Positions 9,778 through 21,236 are shown, counted from the stretch's first letter. The stretch: DNA of 64,000 nucleotides from an uncultured Candidatus Sumerlaeota bacterium (GCA_964463045.1 CAYXAU010000011.1:11631-75630), one strand, 5' to 3'. A program made the numbers and translations. Notes: generated by a model not told the origin, from the sequence alone.

Positions 9778-11133
9778 ATGGCCGCCGGTCGCCGCCGCCC
9801 GCCCCTGTCCCGCCGTCGATTCCTCCGTCGCTCCGGGGCGTGGCTGGCGGCTCTCGGAGCCGGCGGGTGCGCCCGGGCGGTTCGCGCGCCGTCGCCGGCG
9901 CCGGGGCGCGTTCTCGGCGCCAACGACACGATCCAGATCGGCGTTATCGGCATGGGGATGCGCGGACCGGACCTCGTGAGGGCGATCCTCGCCGAGCGCG
10001 ATCAGCGTGGCCAGAGCGTCCGCCTGAGCGCCGTCTGCGAGATTTACGCCCCGCGCAAGGAGCGGGCGATGCGGCTGGCGGGCCTGGACCGTTGCCACCA
10101 CGCCTACGAAGACCTGCTCGCTCGGCCCGACGTGGACGCCGTCGTCCTCGCCGTCCCCGATCACTGGCACCGTCGCATGTGCCTGGACGCGATCGCCGCC
10201 GGCAAGGACGTTTATTGCGAAAAGCCGCTGACGCTCTATTGGGAAGAAGCCAAGGAAGTCGCCCAGGCCGCGCGCGACGCCGGGCGCGTTCTCCAGGTCG
10301 GCGCCACGGGGGCCTCCAACGACGTCTGGTGGCAGGCGCGCCGCCTGATCGGCGACGGCAAGACGGGCCTCATCGGCAAGCTTCTGCAATTCCAGACCAG
10401 TTATAACCGCAACGTGCGCGGCGGAGACTGGAATTACACGATCGACCCGGGCGTGACACGCCGGAATCTGGACTGGGGGCGTTTCCTGGGGCCCGCCCCG
10501 CGCCGGCCCTTCAACGACGAAGCCCTCGAACGCTACTTCCGCTTCCGCAAGTTCTGGGACTACTCCGGCGGCCTCGCCACCGACCTCCTCTACCACAACC
10601 TCTCGCGCTTCGCCGTCGCCCTCGGGTTCCCCTTTCCCAAACGGGTCTCGGCCGTCGGCGGCAACTACGTCCATTTCGACCGCGAGGTGCCGGACACGTT
10701 TACGATCCTCGCCGATTTCGAGGGCGATTTCTCAGGCATGCTCTTCGCCACTTCGGGCAATGACCGGGACATTCAGGACGTGATCCGCGGCGAGCACGCC
10801 ACCATGACGTTCGAGCGGGAGGCCGTCATCGTTCGCCCCCAACGCCCCTATGAGGACGCCGTCGCTCAGAAGGCCCGCGAGATCGAGGGAGCCGAAATCG
10901 TCGAAGAGCGCCGCGACGGCCGGACGGTCATCCGGGAAATTCGCCTCCACGCCGCTCCGCGCCCCGGCCACGTCGAACAGTTCCTGAATGCCCTCCGGAC
11001 CCGCCAACCGACGCACCTGGGGGCCGACGAAGGCTATCGCGTCATGACAACGATCGGCCTGGCCGTGGCGGCCTTTCGTCGCCAATCCGTCGCCCGGTTC
11101 GATCCCGCCCGCCAGAGGTTGATCTCCCTCTGA
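9778..11133 (+). CDS. Gfo/Idh/MocA family oxidoreductase with Tat signal
   Basis: Twin-arginine motif RRRFLRRSGAWLAALGA is present. The Rossmann region IQIGVIGMGMRG and the EKPL motif (YCEKPLT) are typical of Gfo/Idh/MocA. Confidence 0.85.
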   Translation: MAAGRRRPPLSRRRFLRRSGAWLAALGAGGCARAVRAPSPAPGRVLGANDTIQIGVIGMGMRGPDLVRAILAERDQRGQSVRLSAVCEIYAPRKERAMRLAGLDRCHHAYEDLLARPDVDAVVLAVPDHWHRRMCLDAIAAGKDVYCEKPLTLYWEEAKEVAQAARDAGRVLQVGATGASNDVWWQARRLIGDGKTGLIGKLLQFQTSYNRNVRGGDWNYTIDPGVTRRNLDWGRFLGPAPRRPFNDEALERYFRFRKFWDYSGGLATDLLYHNLSRFAVALGFPFPKRVSAVGGNYVHFDREVPDTFTILADFEGDFSGMLFATSGNDRDIQDVIRGEHATMTFEREAVIVRPQRPYEDAVAQKAREIEGAEIVEERRDGRTVIREIRLHAAPRPGHVEQFLNALRTRQPTHLGADEGYRVMTTIGLAVAAFRRQSVARFDPARQRLISL

Positions 11134-11153
11134 CGCGACTGGCGGAGGAGCCC

Positions 11154-12500
11154 ATGGTCCGGATCCGATTCGCAGGCTCCGCCGCGCTGGCCGTCCTGGC
11201 CCTAGGATGCGTCCGGCCGGAACGGACCCGCCGCGCGGTCGATCCGGCGGCGCTCGTCGGCTCGCGCCCCAACGTCATCATCATCCTTTGCGACGACCTG
11301 GGCTGGGGGGACATCGGCCCCAACGGCAACAAGGTGATCGTGACCCCTCATCTGAACCGTATGGCGCACGAGGGGGTCCGGCTGACTCAGTTCTACGCCA
11401 GCGGGAACGTCTGCACGCCGTCGCGCGCGGGGCTCCTGACGGGCCGCCTGGCCGTCCGGATGGGGCTGGAGCTTGTCTCCTCTCCTCAGCTCCCCATCGG
11501 AATCCCGACCGAAGAGATCACGCTGGCTGAATTGTTGAAGGGGGCCGGCTACGCGACGGCCTGCATCGGCAAGTGGCACCTCGGCCATCTGCCTCTATAC
11601 TGGCCCACACGCCACGGCTTCGACTACTACTACGGCCTTCCGTACAGCAACGACATGACGCCTCTGGCGCTTTATCGGATGGAAGAAAACATCGAGGAGC
11701 CGGTCCGCCAGGAAACGCTCACCGAACGCTACACCGCCGAGGCGATCGCCTTCATCGAGGCCCACCGCGACTCCCCGTTCTTTCTCTACCTCCCGCACAC
11801 GATGCCGCATGTCCCGCTCCACGCGAGCCCCCGGTTCGCCGGGCGCTCCCGCGCCTCGCTCTACGGCGACGTCGTCGAAACGATTGACTGGAGTCTCGGA
11901 GAGATCATGGCCGCCTTGAAGCGCCTGGGGATCGACGATCGCACGCTCGTCGTCTTCACCAGCGATAACGGCCCCTGGTGGGAAGGCGACGCCGGCGGTC
12001 TGCGCGACCGCAAGGGCTCAAGCTGGGACGGCGGTATGCGCGTCCCGTTCCTCGCCCGCTGGCCGGGGCAACTTCCCGCGCGGGCCATCTCCGAGGCCAT
12101 CGCCACCCATCTCGACCTTCTGCCGACCGTGGCTCGGCTCGCCGGCGTATCGCCCCCGACGGACCGGCCGATCGACGGGCGCGACATAACGCCCCTTCTG
12201 CTCGGGAGTCGGCAATCGCCCCACCCCTATCTGGTCCTCTTTAACGGCGCCGAGGCCATCGCCGTGAGAACTCAGGCGTGGAAACTCGTCGCCCAAAGCT
12301 ACTATCGGGCGAACACCGCCAACATCGGCCGTCCGGGCTACTACTATCACCCCGGTTTGCTCTTCGACATGCGGTCGCCGGCGCCCGAGCGGTATAACGT
12401 CGCCCGCGAGCACCCCGAAATCGTCGCTCAATTAGCCGCCTGGCTGGACGAAGCCCGCCGGACGATCGTCTTTGAATATCCCTCGCCAACCGGCCGCTGA
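11154..12500 (+). CDS. Arylsulfatase (sulfatase family, formylglycine-dependent)
   Basis: It has a signal peptide and the sulfatase signature CTPSRAGLLTGR (C-x-P-x-R). The metal-binding DDLGWGD is at the N-terminus and GKWHLG follows. Confidence 0.9.
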   Translation: MVRIRFAGSAALAVLALGCVRPERTRRAVDPAALVGSRPNVIIILCDDLGWGDIGPNGNKVIVTPHLNRMAHEGVRLTQFYASGNVCTPSRAGLLTGRLAVRMGLELVSSPQLPIGIPTEEITLAELLKGAGYATACIGKWHLGHLPLYWPTRHGFDYYYGLPYSNDMTPLALYRMEENIEEPVRQETLTERYTAEAIAFIEAHRDSPFFLYLPHTMPHVPLHASPRFAGRSRASLYGDVVETIDWSLGEIMAALKRLGIDDRTLVVFTSDNGPWWEGDAGGLRDRKGSSWDGGMRVPFLARWPGQLPARAISEAIATHLDLLPTVARLAGVSPPTDRPIDGRDITPLLLGSRQSPHPYLVLFNGAEAIAVRTQAWKLVAQSYYRANTANIGRPGYYYHPGLLFDMRSPAPERYNVAREHPEIVAQLAAWLDEARRTIVFEYPSPTGR

Positions 12501-12506
12501 AGCCGC

Positions 12507-12548
12507 GTTGCAACACGCCGTTGGCAACATGAGGGGTTCCGTTGCAAT
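12507..12548 (+). promoter_or_regulatory. Three GTTGCAA(C/T)-type palindromic boxes upstream of hsp20 (candidate operator)
   Basis: GTTGCAAC at 12507, GTTGGCAAC at 12520 and GTTGCAAT at 12541 lie ~180 nt upstream of the Hsp20 start. GTTGCAAC is a perfect 8-bp palindrome. Confidence 0.3.
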
Positions 12549-12726
12549 CCGGGGCTCCCGGCTCCAAAGGCGGCTCTCCAGCCAAGTCCGCCACTGAGAA
12601 CGGCCGACGGGCCGCGACCTCGCCGGGCATGACCTTTGCACTCCCTACGATTGAAACCGGGCAGGGGTTCCGTCTGAAGAACCGCCACGCCTCGGAAAAT
12701 TCTTCACGGCATGGAGGAAAGACGCC

Positions 12727-13155
12727 ATGGACCTCATCAAGTGGGATCCGTTCAAGGATCTCTTCCCCTTCCGCACCGATCTGAACCGTTGGTTCGGGCT
12801 GCCTTGGGCCGCCAACGGCGGCCGGGAGTGGACCCCCTCGGTGGACATCATCGAGGACGACAAGGCCATCCGCCTCAAGGTCGAACTCCCCGAGGTGGAC
12901 AAGAAGGACGTGAACGTCGAAATCGAGCAGGACTCGCTCACGATCCGGGGCGAGCGCAAGCTCGAAAAGGAGGAGAAGAAGGAGCACTATCGCCGGATCG
13001 AGCGCTGCTACGGCGCCTTCTCCCGCAGCTTCTATCTACCGGAATACGTCGATCGCAAGGCGATCACGGCCGATTATAAGGACGGCGTGCTGACGGTCAC
13101 CTTGCCGAAGACGAAGGCCCCCAAGCCGGAAAAGGTCGCCGTCGCCGTGAGCTGA
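12727..13155 (+). CDS. Hsp20/alpha-crystallin family small heat-shock protein
   Basis: An alpha-crystallin domain is present: VDIIEDDKAIRLKVELPEVDKKDVNVEIE...LTIRGERK...GAFSRSFYLP...KDGVLTVTLPK. Confidence 0.9.
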   Translation: MDLIKWDPFKDLFPFRTDLNRWFGLPWAANGGREWTPSVDIIEDDKAIRLKVELPEVDKKDVNVEIEQDSLTIRGERKLEKEEKKEHYRRIERCYGAFSRSFYLPEYVDRKAITADYKDGVLTVTLPKTKAPKPEKVAVAVS

Positions 13156-13280
13156 GCCTCCCGGCGCGCCCTTCGGCCCACGCCAGGCCCAACGGCCAGC
13201 GCTTCCCCCCTCGCAGGACGGCCCCCTCGTCGCGGGTCCCGTGACCGGTCAGACCGGTCAGCCCCCGGCGGGGCGGGCCG

Positions 13281-15869
13281 TCAGTATTTCCCCTCGGCCT
13301 CCCCCGCGCGGACCGGATAGGGGACGTCGTACCCCTTGACGGCGTGCCAGATGATCCGATTCAGCGTGTCCTCATCTGCCTCGTCGATCTCGTCAAGCTC
13401 TTCGGCCAGCGACTTCTCGGCCCAATAGCGCGCAGGGCCGGAGAGCGCCTCCAGCTCCGGGTTCATCTCATCCAGCGGAATCCGATGGGGCCGGGCCGTG
13501 TACGGCGAAAGGTCCGGTTCGTCCTGAAAGCAGCGGACCATCGGCGTCGCCGTCAGATCGATCTGGTTCATCGGCGTGAGCGCCAGGATCAGTTCCATCG
13601 TCCGTAGCATCCCCGTCTGGTTATAGTTGGTCGAATCGATGAACCCCCGCCGCGTGTAAGGACTGATGACATAGGCGATCGTCCGGTGCCCGTCCACGTG
13701 GTCGAGGCCTGCCTGGGGATCGTCCTCGGTGACGAAGATGCACGTCTGCGGCCAGAAGCGGCTGCGGGTGACGGCCTCCACGATGCGACCGAGGGCCAGG
13801 TCGTTATCGGCGACGGTCGCCCGGGGCGTCGGCCGTCCCGGCCGCGTCCCCATCGTGTGATCGTTCGGCAGCAGCATGACGATGAAGTGGGGCAGCTCGC
13901 CTTCGGTCTCGTACCGGCGGAGCTCGCGCAGAAAAACGTCGGCGCGATACTGGTCGGAAACGATGCCGGGAAACCCGATGTAATCCGGGCAGATGTAGGG
14001 CTCGATGGTTTTGAGGTGGGTTGTCGCCCGGATCCGCACCCGTCCCGTCCCCTCCTGATAATCCCGCCAGATGTCAAGGAACGTCAGCCCCGGCGGATCA
14101 ATCTGCGCCTGAACCATTTCGCCGTAATTCCGAAACGTCAGCCCGCGGGCAAGGACCTTGTCCCAGATGAATCCTCCGGCTGAATTGGCCAGCATGTCCT
14201 CGCCGTCATAGGGGTAGCTGCGCGGCCAGCCGCCGAAGGATTTCTCGAGGTAGTCGGTGGCGTAGGCCGCCGTGGCCCAATGGTGCCCATCGGCGCTCAG
14301 AATGCCCGAACAGTAAAAGTTATCAAAGAGCGTAAACTCCTCGGCGAGGGCGTGGTGGTTCGGCGTCACCTCTTCGCCAAACAGACACAAATTCGGATCG
14401 CCGTTGCCCTTCTTCAGGTCCCCCAGCACCTGATCGTACGTCCGATTCTCTTTGATGATATAGATCACGTGTTTGAAGACGGAGCGTTCTCCCTCGAACA
14501 ACGGCACGGGGACCGGCCGACGGCTCGGGCTCCGGCGAGCTTCCAACCCCGCGACGGACCAGATCGCGCCGTTGTTTCTCTGCACCTCTCGCGTCATGCG
14601 ACCGAGCCCCCCCCCGCCCGGCGCCGGAATGATCGAAACCGAGCCCAGGTGATCATGCGTATTGGAGCCCCCGGGGCTGCGCGCTTCGTCCAGGGACCCT
14701 ACCCCCTTGACGTTGGCCACGTAAAGTATCCGCCCCGTCGAATCCAGTCTCACGGCTCCCGGATACCATCCCGTGGGAACGAAACCGAGGACGCGGCTCG
14801 TGCCCGATCGGCCCCGCCCCGGAGAGGCGTCTCGCCCGAGTTCGACGACGGCCAGCGCGTTGTTCGATCCGTTGGCCACGTAGAGCCGCCGCTCTGAGGG
14901 ATCGAGCGCGAGCGCGTTCGGCGCGCTTCCGAAGGGAGAGCCCGTCTCCGGTCGCGTCGAGATCGTCTCGATTACGCGGCGGGCTTCGGTATCGATCACC
15001 GAGACCGTGTCGCTATTGGCGTTGGCGACGAAAAGTCGCGTCCCCGCCGGATTGAGCGCCAGACCCGAGGGATGGAGCCCCACCTCCACCTGCGCCACTA
15101 CCGTGCGCTCGGCCAGGTCCACGACCGAAACCGTCCCGCTGGCGCCGATAAACGTCGCCGGATCGACGACCATGCGCGAGCCGGAGGTCGGCCCCGTCGG
15201 ATCGGAGGGCTCCGGTCGGCGACCCGCCCAATTGGAAACGTAGGCCATCGCCCCGGCGACGACGACCCCGTAGGGGGCAATGCCGACCTCGATTTCCTCG
15301 ATGGCTTCCGTCGCCAGATCGACGATCCCGAGCGTATTGTTCCGGCTGAGCGCCACGAGCAATTGTCGCCCGGCGGCCGAAAGCGCCAGGCCGCCCGGCA
15401 CCGGCCCGTCCCGATCGCGCCGCGCCGCCGTCAGCGTCAACGCCCCGGCAAGACTCCACTGCCCGCTCGCGTCGGACTCCAGCACCGCGATCCCTTCGGT
15501 CGAACGGCTGACGTAGAGCCGCCGACCGTCGTCCGACGCCGCCAGCCCGTGAAAACTCGTCTCCCGCAACGGAATCGTCTGCCGCACCTTGCGCTCGCTC
15601 AGGTCGATCACCGTCACGTCGTGCAGATTCTTGACGACGAGCGTTCGCCCATCGGGCGACGGCCACAGGTCGACCGGCCGTCCGGGAAACTCAATCTGAA
15701 AGCCCGCCGGGCGGAGGATCTGATTGGTCGGGACGACCACCGAGCCATCGGGCCGACGCCCGACGGGAGCTTCCAGTCCGATCCGCTCGTCTCCCCGCAG
15801 GCACGCGCCGGCGATCAGGCCCCCGATGATCGGAACACAACAGGCCGCTGCGCGATTCACGTGGCTCAT
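13281..15869 (-). CDS. Bifunctional YncE-type beta-propeller / phosphoesterase (PF04185, phospholipase C/acid phosphatase family) protein, secreted
   Basis: The N-terminal half has repeated YVTN-type blades (LYVSRS..., LFVANANSDTVSVID, LYVANGSNNALAVVEL, ILYVANVKG). The C-terminal half has the phosphoesterase motif VIYIIKENRTYDQVLGDL and a DHVDGHR-type block. Start is set at the internal ATG (15869) preceding a signal-like segment; the ORF-track ATG at 16013 would overlap the upstream gene. Confidence 0.85.
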   Translation of the reverse strand: MSHVNRAAACCVPIIGGLIAGACLRGDERIGLEAPVGRRPDGSVVVPTNQILRPAGFQIEFPGRPVDLWPSPDGRTLVVKNLHDVTVIDLSERKVRQTIPLRETSFHGLAASDDGRRLYVSRSTEGIAVLESDASGQWSLAGALTLTAARRDRDGPVPGGLALSAAGRQLLVALSRNNTLGIVDLATEAIEEIEVGIAPYGVVVAGAMAYVSNWAGRRPEPSDPTGPTSGSRMVVDPATFIGASGTVSVVDLAERTVVAQVEVGLHPSGLALNPAGTRLFVANANSDTVSVIDTEARRVIETISTRPETGSPFGSAPNALALDPSERRLYVANGSNNALAVVELGRDASPGRGRSGTSRVLGFVPTGWYPGAVRLDSTGRILYVANVKGVGSLDEARSPGGSNTHDHLGSVSIIPAPGGGGLGRMTREVQRNNGAIWSVAGLEARRSPSRRPVPVPLFEGERSVFKHVIYIIKENRTYDQVLGDLKKGNGDPNLCLFGEEVTPNHHALAEEFTLFDNFYCSGILSADGHHWATAAYATDYLEKSFGGWPRSYPYDGEDMLANSAGGFIWDKVLARGLTFRNYGEMVQAQIDPPGLTFLDIWRDYQEGTGRVRIRATTHLKTIEPYICPDYIGFPGIVSDQYRADVFLRELRRYETEGELPHFIVMLLPNDHTMGTRPGRPTPRATVADNDLALGRIVEAVTRSRFWPQTCIFVTEDDPQAGLDHVDGHRTIAYVISPYTRRGFIDSTNYNQTGMLRTMELILALTPMNQIDLTATPMVRCFQDEPDLSPYTARPHRIPLDEMNPELEALSGPARYWAEKSLAEELDEIDEADEDTLNRIIWHAVKGYDVPYPVRAGEAEGKY

Positions 15870-15948
15870 CCTCGCTTTTCCCAATGGGATGGCGGCATTG
15901 TTTGCGCGGGGCGCGCCAACCGCAAGCCCAATCGCGCCCAGCCGAGCC

Positions 15949-18225
15949 TCAGCGGCCCAAGGCCGCCTTCTGGCGCGCCCGCGCCTCGGCCGACGGCCGC
16001 GGGGGGCCGTCATACGGGCGCGCCCCCGGGTTGCCCGAGATCGGCGGCGCGCTCCTCAGGCTGGGGTCCTCGACCGCGGGGGCCTGGATCAGGCCGTAAT
16101 ATCGCGCCTTCCAATAAGCGTTGAGCCACGCCGAGGGATCGAAGACCTTCCGCCCGCCGGAGCCGCCGTCCAGGTGAAAGGGATTGTGAGACCATCGCAT
16201 GGGGCCCCGCTCGCGGGGGGAAAGCACGACGGAACCGCCCGCGTAGGCCGTATGGCCCGCCCGCGGCCGCAAATCATGCCGGTGCGAGTTGCGATAAGAG
16301 TGGTCGATAAGGTCCAAAGGCCATTCACGTAGATGCTCGACGGCGGCTTCGATCTCCGCCTCAGCCCCGGTAAGGGCCGCGTAGGTGACGTTGAAGAACG
16401 GGTTCCGCTCGATCCGCTCAATCTCGAAACTGCGTTCGAGCCCCCGGCGGTGAAGCGAGGCGAGCCACGGGTCCGGTTCGTAGCGCAGGAGCGTGAAGTA
16501 GATGAAAAAGGCCATCCGATCGTCGGAATGATTCACGTCGTCGGGGGGAAAGACGAGCTTCTGCCGGAGCGCCTCCCGATGGTAGCGCATCGCCAGCAGT
16601 TGATCGTGCGCCCGATCGAATCGCGCCTCTCCCGTGAGCGCCCGCGCCGCCCGCATGTAAGCCATCGCCTCCATGCCGTTGAGTCCGCGGGCGTAATAGC
16701 CGACCGGCCGCTGCAGGTATTCCGGGTCCCACCGGCCCCACTTGGTCGGCAGGCCGTCCATGTCCCGGAGGACCCAACCGTTGTCGATGATGTGGGCGCC
16801 GATCCGGCCCAGATGCTCGGCGGCGCGCGCCTTATCCCGCCCCTGAGCGGCGAAATCGTGAAAGATGGCCACCCCATAAACCTGCGCGTCCACCTCGTCG
16901 CTCGACGTGTCGGCCTTCCATTCCCACAGGCCGTCGGGGGTCGGGTGCCATTCCGCCGGGCAACACCCCGACGTTCCCATCGACTTGACGCCGGTCTCGC
17001 CGACGGCCCAGATCGCCCGCGCCGGAAAGCCGGGGATCGGCGTGATCTCCTCGGTCCACTTGAGCGCCTCGAACGTGTCCACGGCCTCGGCGTAGGCGGC
17101 CGGGTCCCCCGTCACCGCAAACTTGAAGCTCATCGCCGCCAGATATTCCGCGCTCCAGCCGCCGTCGTTGTCGCTCACCTCGCGCAGCCATTCCGAACGC
17201 TCGTCCTCGCGCTGGATCTGATGAGTGAACCCGAGGCGCTTCTGCCCCCAGGCCTCCAGATGCCGCTCGTAATAGTCGGCCTTCTTGAGCAGCGTGTACG
17301 GCTCGTATTCGATCACGCCAAGGCCGCCGTCGGTGGCGACGTAAGCCGCCCGATCGGCCACGGCGATCTGATGCACCCGGTTGGACGGTAACCAGCGATC
17401 GGCGGCGAAGTATTGGAACGCCCCTTCGACGGCCCGGATGGCCCCCTCGGTCGTCCCGATCCAGAAATCGCTCTCGAATCCGGCGGCCAGACACGTCGTG
17501 TCCTCGTAACATAACCCCTGCTCACCGCCGATCCGCTTTAGCGCCATCCCGCGCAGAAGCCCGAGCCCGCGATCGGTCGCGATATAGAGCCGCCCACCGA
17601 TCGCGAGCAGGTCCCGCGCCCGCGACGAAGGGAGCTCTCCCCAATCGGCCACGTCGATCGTGTTGAAGCGATCGCCCTCGAAAACGGCCAGCCGTCCCGG
17701 CAGGAGCGCATAGACCGAATCGGCGTGCGTCGCCAGCCGGAGAATGGCTCCGGGAGCCTCCCCCCCGCCGACGGCGCGCCATTGACCGGCCTCGAGCCGC
17801 AGCAGTCGCGAACCCACGGCGCCATAGATGTCCCCGCGGAAAGAGCTGAGGTCGGTTACCGCCGCCTCGCCGTGCCGTTCCCATCCCGTTTCCCTGAGCC
17901 GGAACGGCCCTCGCGGCGTGAGCGCCCACAACGCCCCCCCGGCGACGATGAGTCGATCCACCGGACCGGCCACGCCCTCGACCGCCAACAGTTGATCCCC
18001 CACCAGCCGCAGCAAGCTCTCCTGCGAGCCCGCGTAAACCTTTCCCTGGTGAACCGCTACGGCCCGCAGGGACGACGAGGTCGGAATCTTGCGACCCACC
18101 TCCTGGAGGTAGACGTCGTCGGCGACCGATCTCCAGGGCGAAGGGACGGCGGTCGGATCGGCGGCGCCGCCGGGTGCGCCCGCAAAGAGCAACACCGTCA
18201 AGGCGATCCATCGAACGGCTTGCAT
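15949..18225 (-). CDS. Secreted hypothetical protein (N-terminal beta-propeller-like repeats, C-terminal alpha-rich domain)
   Basis: Signal peptide MQAVRWIALTVLLFAGAPGGAA. Repeated G/A/L-rich propeller-like blades are followed by an unrecognised C-terminal domain. It sits 80 nt upstream of the phosphoesterase fusion on the same strand. Confidence 0.55.
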   Translation of the reverse strand: MQAVRWIALTVLLFAGAPGGAADPTAVPSPWRSVADDVYLQEVGRKIPTSSSLRAVAVHQGKVYAGSQESLLRLVGDQLLAVEGVAGPVDRLIVAGGALWALTPRGPFRLRETGWERHGEAAVTDLSSFRGDIYGAVGSRLLRLEAGQWRAVGGGEAPGAILRLATHADSVYALLPGRLAVFEGDRFNTIDVADWGELPSSRARDLLAIGGRLYIATDRGLGLLRGMALKRIGGEQGLCYEDTTCLAAGFESDFWIGTTEGAIRAVEGAFQYFAADRWLPSNRVHQIAVADRAAYVATDGGLGVIEYEPYTLLKKADYYERHLEAWGQKRLGFTHQIQREDERSEWLREVSDNDGGWSAEYLAAMSFKFAVTGDPAAYAEAVDTFEALKWTEEITPIPGFPARAIWAVGETGVKSMGTSGCCPAEWHPTPDGLWEWKADTSSDEVDAQVYGVAIFHDFAAQGRDKARAAEHLGRIGAHIIDNGWVLRDMDGLPTKWGRWDPEYLQRPVGYYARGLNGMEAMAYMRAARALTGEARFDRAHDQLLAMRYHREALRQKLVFPPDDVNHSDDRMAFFIYFTLLRYEPDPWLASLHRRGLERSFEIERIERNPFFNVTYAALTGAEAEIEAAVEHLREWPLDLIDHSYRNSHRHDLRPRAGHTAYAGGSVVLSPRERGPMRWSHNPFHLDGGSGGRKVFDPSAWLNAYWKARYYGLIQAPAVEDPSLRSAPPISGNPGARPYDGPPRPSAEARARQKAALGR

Positions 18226-18522
18226 GACGCTTGCCTCCGTGGCTGGGCGTTTGGACCGGCCCGCCTCGCCCCCTGGGCTTCCGGCCCGCTGTGCTTCCCG
18301 CTCGGGGGGCATGCCGTCCCCACCCGGCCCCGGCGGGCGCCTGGTCCGAAGCGTCCGCCATCATAGCGACTTTCCGCCCGGGGGCCAGCCTCAACGTGCC
18401 CGCCGGCGATCCGCCGCCGGTTGAGATTCGCGCCTGAAGCTGGACAATGGGGCGCTTTCGTCGACGACGCCGGTAACGCCCTATCCCGACGCCGCCGGAC
18501 AGGACGCCAAGCCCCCGGACTC

Positions 18523-19950
<1,428 letters not shown>

Positions 19951-19978
19951 AGGCCGCCCCCGTCCACCGCACGGTTCG

Positions 19979-20929
19979 ATGAACCGCGAACACATCGCCT
20001 TCGTTTTCCCCGGTCAAGGGTCCCAATTCGTCGGCATGGGACGCACGCTGGCCGAGTCGAGTCCCGAGGCGCGAGCCGTCTTCGACGAAATCGACGCCGT
20101 CCTGGGCCGCCCCGTCTCCCGGTTGTGCTTCGAAGGCCCCGAGCCAACGCTCCGGCAAACCGCCGAGACCCAGCCGGCCGTCTTCGCCGCGAGCGTCGCC
20201 GCCTGGGCGGCGCTCCAGGCCGCCGGCGTCGAAGGCTCCATGACCGCGGGCCACTCGCTCGGCGAATACGCCGCCCTGGTCGCGGCGGGAAGTCTCGACC
20301 TGGCCACGGCGGCCCGGCTTGTGGAGATCCGGGGCCGCGCCATGGACGAGGCCGGTCGCCGACGTCCCGGCGCAATGGCCGCCGTACTGGGCCTGGCGGC
20401 CGATCGCGTCCCGGCCGTGGCCGAAGCGGCCGCGGCGGCCGGGCTGATCGTTCCGGCCAACTGGAACGCCCCCGACCAGGTGGTCTTCGCGGGGGAACCG
20501 GCGGGGATCGAGCGAGCCGTCGAGCTCGCGCGCGCCCAAGGGGCCCGCCGCGCGCTCAAGCTTAACGTGAGCGGGGCGTTCCATTCGCCGTTGATGGCGG
20601 CGGCGACCGCCCCCGTGGGCGAAGCATTGGCAGGGGCCAGGATTTTCAGTCCGACCCGGCTGCGGTTTATCTCCAACGTGACGGCCGACTTCGAGGACGA
20701 TCCGACGAAGATCGGCGAACTGCTGGTGAGGCAACTGACCTCGCCGGTCCGTTGGGTCGAGGTTGTTCAGAGGCTGGTCCGGTCGGGAGCACAGGTGATC
20801 GTGGAAGTGGGGCCGGGCTCGGTCCTGACGGGTCTGGCACGTCGGATCGACGCCGCGCTCAAATGCTATAACTTCAATGATACCAGTGACTTGGCGCGAA
20901 TGAAGGCCGAGATCGAGAGGGTACCCTGA
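19979..20929 (+). CDS. fabD: Malonyl CoA-ACP transacylase FabD
   Basis: FVFPGQGSQFVGMG and the active-site GHSLGEYAALVAAG are present, at ~316 aa. Confidence 0.9.
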   Translation: MNREHIAFVFPGQGSQFVGMGRTLAESSPEARAVFDEIDAVLGRPVSRLCFEGPEPTLRQTAETQPAVFAASVAAWAALQAAGVEGSMTAGHSLGEYAALVAAGSLDLATAARLVEIRGRAMDEAGRRRPGAMAAVLGLAADRVPAVAEAAAAAGLIVPANWNAPDQVVFAGEPAGIERAVELARAQGARRALKLNVSGAFHSPLMAAATAPVGEALAGARIFSPTRLRFISNVTADFEDDPTKIGELLVRQLTSPVRWVEVVQRLVRSGAQVIVEVGPGSVLTGLARRIDAALKCYNFNDTSDLARMKAEIERVP

Positions 20930-21180
20930 AGTCACCTGTCCCCTTCATCTTCTTAGACATAGAGCGTTTCGGAGGTAAGAGTCAGCCGGAAAGACGCTTA
21001 ACCGATTGGATGAGGGTTTGATTTAATCAGAATGAACCTGATTTTTACGCATTTAGCAATAGTATATTGCATTATGATATGAATAACGTTGATAATGTAA
21101 ATTGCAATGCGGTCATTTTTATCTAACTCTTTTATTTCCAATGGTTTAGCTTGGCCCCACGTTCCGGGCAGCGCTGGCAC
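20930..21180. other. ~250-bp AT-rich island (~35% GC) in a ~70% GC background
   Basis: There is an abrupt compositional drop immediately after the fabD stop. It contains the ATTGCA-repeat segment attgcattatgatatgaataacgttgataatgtaaattgcaatgc. Confidence 0.5.
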
Positions 21181-21236
21181 GGACCGTGCTCTATGATTGC
21201 CTTGGGTGGCGAATTTTCATGGACCGGGGGTCTGCG

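Noticed and set aside
11090-11112. tRNA-like T-arm string ggttcgatccc
   Set aside because: It lies inside the Gfo/Idh/MocA reading frame (ARFDPARQ) and no acceptor/anticodon arms surround it. No tRNA genes are detected in the window.
12520-12548. Possible sigma-54 promoter (TGGCA...TTGCA) upstream of hsp20
   Set aside because: The GG-to-GC spacing is ~19 nt instead of the required 10 nt. It is treated as palindromic operator-like boxes instead.
20998-21180. 60-aa minus-strand ORF inside the AT-rich island
   Set aside because: Its Ile/Lys/Asn-rich translation simply reflects AT-rich DNA. It has no RBS and no protein-like features.
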